The notes beneath the pieces were generated by a model, which searched no databases, had not been told where the DNA came from, and saw nothing but the letters and a program-made list of their open reading frames with translations. DNA of 64,000 nt, taken from positions 224,001 to 288,000 of the forward strand of contig JBEPZY010000005.1 of the NCBI GenBank assembly GCA_041640595.1, in the 5' to 3' direction. A program made the translations under genes and the position numbers. Of this stretch, positions 60,600 to 64,000 are shown in pieces. The stretch comes from Gemmatales bacterium. GTDB taxonomy: Bacteria; Planctomycetota; Planctomycetia; Gemmatales; HRBIN36. Numbering within the stretch: position 1 is the stretch's first letter; every line of letters begins with the position of its first letter.

Positions 60600-61958
60600 T
60601 TAGACGAATTTGGTTCTGCCGGGCTGGGCGACCGGGGCTACCGGTAGCGGTACGTCCCAATCGTAGCGGGGCGGCGAAAGGTCTTCCTTCGAGTTGAAAG
60701 CCATGTCCCAGGTGATCACTTGCCCGGTATAGGCGGCCATGCGGCCCATGATGGCCAGCAGTGTGCTTTTGGCCACGTACTCGCCGTTGTTGATCGGTTC
60801 GCCTTTGCGGATGCTGGCAAAGAGTTCGTCATGCTCGGTCTGAACGGCAACGTTCGCCTTGCCGCCGTAACGCCAGGCTTCATTACCGAAGTGTAGGCTG
60901 ACCCGTTCCGCACGCAATTCACCGCGTCCGCGGGTACCGGTGACATAGACGGCCACATCGTTGGCGCACCCGGCCATCTGCCGACACTGGGCAAACAACC
61001 GCGAACCGTCGGCGTATTCGTAAATGATGGCGAAATGGTCGTAGATGTTGCCGTATTCCGGCCCGGTGCGAACGATACGTCCGCCGCTGCCAATGGCCCG
61101 AACCGGATATTCGCCTTTGACCCAGCTGGCCAAATCGAGCATATGCACGTGCTGCTCGACGTTGAAATCGCCCGACAGCCAGACGAAGTAGTACCAGTTT
61201 CGCATCTGCCAGTACATATCCGACCAGCCAGGCTGGCGCGGATGCACCCAGATCGGGCCGCGAAAATCGTTCGCCTGCAACGCCACCACATCGCCGATCT
61301 GGCCGTCTCGGATACGGCGGACGGCTTCCTGGTGTGGATAGGAATAGCGTAGCTGCAATCCAGCCACCAGGGAAAGACGTTTTTGCCGCGCCAGTTCAGC
61401 GGTTTGCAAGAACGAGCGAACGCCAGGCGCGTCCACAGCGATCGGTTTCTCGGCGAAAACATGCCGACCAGCTTCGATTGCGGCCCGCGCATGCATCGGA
61501 CGGAAATGTGGCGGCGTGCACAGCAGCACCACATCGCAGCAGGCAATGACTTTCTGATACGCATCCCAGCCGACGAATTGCAGCTCTTTGGGCACCTTGA
61601 TTTTGCCTGCGATTTCCTCATCTTTCTGCAGTCTGGCCAGGCTCTGCTGCAGGCGATCCTCGAAAACATCGCCCATGGCGAAGAGCTGGACGTTCTTATC
61701 AGCACGCAGGGCTTGCGAAGCAGCACCGGTACCACGACCACCGCAACCGATCAGGCCGACCTTCAACAAGTCGCTGCCCGCGGCATGAGCGAAGCGCTCG
61801 ACGGTCAAAGCGGTGGCGAGGGCAGCACCAGTTTGCAGAAACTGCCGTCGCGTTGACCCCGACCATGAGCCGCACTTGTCGCATTCAGTGGCGCCGTTGG
61901 CCACACGCGACAATGGACGGTGACTTACCTCGTGGCTGGAACGTTTAGTGGCTGGCAT
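60600..61958 (-). CDS. Tat-exported Gfo/Idh/MocA oxidoreductase
   Basis: TRRQFL, GLIGCGGRG, EKP, EQHVH.LD. Confidence 0.92.
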   Translation of the reverse strand: MPATKRSSHEVSHRPLSRVANGATECDKCGSWSGSTRRQFLQTGAALATALTVERFAHAAGSDLLKVGLIGCGGRGTGAASQALRADKNVQLFAMGDVFEDRLQQSLARLQKDEEIAGKIKVPKELQFVGWDAYQKVIACCDVVLLCTPPHFRPMHARAAIEAGRHVFAEKPIAVDAPGVRSFLQTAELARQKRLSLVAGLQLRYSYPHQEAVRRIRDGQIGDVVALQANDFRGPIWVHPRQPGWSDMYWQMRNWYYFVWLSGDFNVEQHVHMLDLASWVKGEYPVRAIGSGGRIVRTGPEYGNIYDHFAIIYEYADGSRLFAQCRQMAGCANDVAVYVTGTRGRGELRAERVSLHFGNEAWRYGGKANVAVQTEHDELFASIRKGEPINNGEYVAKSTLLAIMGRMAAYTGQVITWDMAFNSKEDLSPPRYDWDVPLPVAPVAQPGRTKFV

Positions 61959-62203
61959 AGCGAGGTTCCTCCCGATTGGCCGGATTATGCGCTATTGCTG
62001 TCATGCTATGGACTGGCCATCCGTGGAACAAGCGGTGGAACGGAGCGTATCGGTTTTGCCGATTACGGGCTGGTTATGACAATCAGTCCAGGCGGTAGCG
62101 AACGGGCCGAATGGAAGTTACAATAAAACCGGACAGAGAGAAAGAATGAGGCTTGGGGGCGCTCGGAGATCGGGATCGGCTCCGCTTTTGAAGAGGGCAA
62201 CTC

Positions 62204-63913
62204 ATGGCGCAGATCGTGGAACTGGCAGATGAGCAGTTACAGGTTCGTCAGGCGTTGCCTGCGGAAGTCAACAATGTGCTGACCGCGTTGTGGTCCGGAG
62301 TTGCGTCGCTTGGATTAGCTCTGGCGGCTTTGCTCCCGATGATCGTTTACGACTGGTCAACCAGCGGCCTTCTGGAATGGCTGAACGGTTGGGGCGATAT
62401 GCTGGGCTGGCTGGGCGCGGGAGTGATCGTTTTACTGGTGGCCGTTTTAGCCGGTCTGGCCAGTTTGTCGTCAGTGAAAGCGCAACCACGGGGACTGAAG
62501 CTCACCAAGATCGTAGCAGTTCTGGTGCTGGTCGTGGGTTTGCTTTTGAATCTTGCGGTGCTGGTGATGATCATTCAGGGCCAATTCAAGCTGGGGCCCA
62601 CGCCGATTCTGGCTGGGAGCTTGTTGACGGTGCTCGGACTATTTCCCGTGTTTCTGGGCGGGTTAACCTGGTCGCTGACCACAGTCGAGGCCGTTCAGCA
62701 ATTCTTCTATCCGCCGGAAGAAGCCCCAGCCGAAGTGCCGGTCGAAGTGGCAGAGGAGGAGGAAGTCGCTCCTGTCAGCGAGGAAGACCTGGAACGATCC
62801 CTGGGTGAGTTACCGACCGGAACCAGTGCTGCCCCGCCGGTGAGCGTACCTGGTGAGGTGATTCGCGCCGAACTGGACGAAAGTTTGCTGGTGCGGGCCG
62901 AACTGGATACCGAAGCGGGCGAAATTATCCGCGCTGAGCTCGATGAACAGCGTATCCTGCGTGCGGAACTGGACGAGGAACGGTTGGTGCGGGCCGAACC
63001 AGCCACCACAACCCTGACCGGAATAACCGGCCCAACCAGCGATATTCTCGAAGCGCCCGCGACCCCGTCGGCTGTGATACCAGCGGAAATTGACATCGAG
63101 CGTATCGGCGATACCTCCAGTCGGGTGCTGGAACGCGGAGAAGTCTCGGAATCGCCCAGCGCTGTGCTGCTGACGTCGCTGCAATCCTCACCGTCACCCA
63201 GCGGGATCATCTCGGAACTGGTGGGCACCCCGACGCCCTCGCCGATACCCGGTTCCGAACCGGCTCCTGTCGGCGAAGCTGCCAAGCCTCCGGAAGACGT
63301 GGCCCCCGCTGTTGCCGAAACTGGTGCGGTGTCGCAAGAACCGGTCTCGGAGGCGGTTGAGCAATCGGCCGAGCCATTGCCTGAAGAAGCCGCACCGTCC
63401 CCGGAAGTAACTGCACCCACGCCGGCTGAGGCTGAAGAAATTTTCTCAGCGCCACAGCAGGAGGTTCCCGGCTCGGAAACTTCTGCGGTGGACCTGGAAA
63501 AGCTGGCCGAATTCGATTTCCTTCCAGCACCACAAGAGTCGCAGGAACCGGAAACGCCCGTACATTTACCGACCAGTGAGCCGGAGGTGCTGGCCGAGCA
63601 GCCTTTGTCTGCGGAGCAACCTGGTGAACCCGGCGGTGAGATGCCGTCGGAATCGCCTGGCGAAACGCTGGAAAGCATTTCGGGCAGCGAAGTGCCCGAT
63701 TCGGGCCAGGCTGCGGGCGAATTTACGGTTTCGGAATCTCCGGCACCTTCCGAGGAATCGGCGAGCTTGCAGGATGTGCCACTGTTTCCGGAATTGGCCG
63801 ATGACTTACCGCCATTGATGGCCGAGCAACAGCAAGAAACTTCGACCAGCGAACCGTCCGGCAACCCACCTTCCGACGAACTGTTTCGCGGCATCGAAGA
63901 AAGCGATCGATGA
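62204..63913 (+). CDS. Membrane protein (about 4 TM) with long acidic Pro/Glu-rich disordered tail and RAELD repeats
   Basis: Four hydrophobic segments in the first ~160 aa, then a low-complexity E/P/S/A tail; GAGGG SD. Confidence 0.75.
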   Translation: MAQIVELADEQLQVRQALPAEVNNVLTALWSGVASLGLALAALLPMIVYDWSTSGLLEWLNGWGDMLGWLGAGVIVLLVAVLAGLASLSSVKAQPRGLKLTKIVAVLVLVVGLLLNLAVLVMIIQGQFKLGPTPILAGSLLTVLGLFPVFLGGLTWSLTTVEAVQQFFYPPEEAPAEVPVEVAEEEEVAPVSEEDLERSLGELPTGTSAAPPVSVPGEVIRAELDESLLVRAELDTEAGEIIRAELDEQRILRAELDEERLVRAEPATTTLTGITGPTSDILEAPATPSAVIPAEIDIERIGDTSSRVLERGEVSESPSAVLLTSLQSSPSPSGIISELVGTPTPSPIPGSEPAPVGEAAKPPEDVAPAVAETGAVSQEPVSEAVEQSAEPLPEEAAPSPEVTAPTPAEAEEIFSAPQQEVPGSETSAVDLEKLAEFDFLPAPQESQEPETPVHLPTSEPEVLAEQPLSAEQPGEPGGEMPSESPGETLESISGSEVPDSGQAAGEFTVSESPAPSEESASLQDVPLFPELADDLPPLMAEQQQETSTSEPSGNPPSDELFRGIEESDR

Positions 63914-64000
63914 ACCGCCCAGACGGAGGTGGTATCCGCAGGGATAAGGATTTGCCCAAACATTGGTTTCGACTGGCATCTGTCGAGTCGCCGTTACCCT

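Overview
Ordinary bacterial chromosome, most likely a planctomycete of the Gemmata-like group. That assignment is an inference from an LEDRxVPA-type secreted protein, two DUF1573-type proteins, a giant ECF sigma factor with a beta-propeller extension and an HTH-extended sigma-70. About 40 genes are present, including core genes polA, leuS, glnE, guaB, proA, pncA, ggt, parA and a yhdT-panF-like pair. I found no rRNA, tRNA, transposase, integrase or cas gene. Two genes look accessory. (1) A single-chain Type IIG-like restriction-modification gene (40675-43542, minus) with a low-GC specificity end. It is followed by a decaying non-coding repeat array whose 10-bp core CGCTCCCTTT reappears at the gene's ribosome-binding site, so the gene is bracketed by direct repeats. 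(2) A Toc34/AIG1-like GTPase (34333-35934) with a long disordered N-terminus, several in-frame SD-equipped starts and a C-terminal glycine-zipper anchor. Three separate intergenic regions carry two-copy 30-31 bp direct repeats with 34-42 bp unique spacers (1370-1465, 26968-27071, 40351-40446). This is CRISPR-like geometry without cas genes. Several structured leaders and operator-like palindromes are also present. All functional calls come from motifs read by eye; no searches or folding programs were run.
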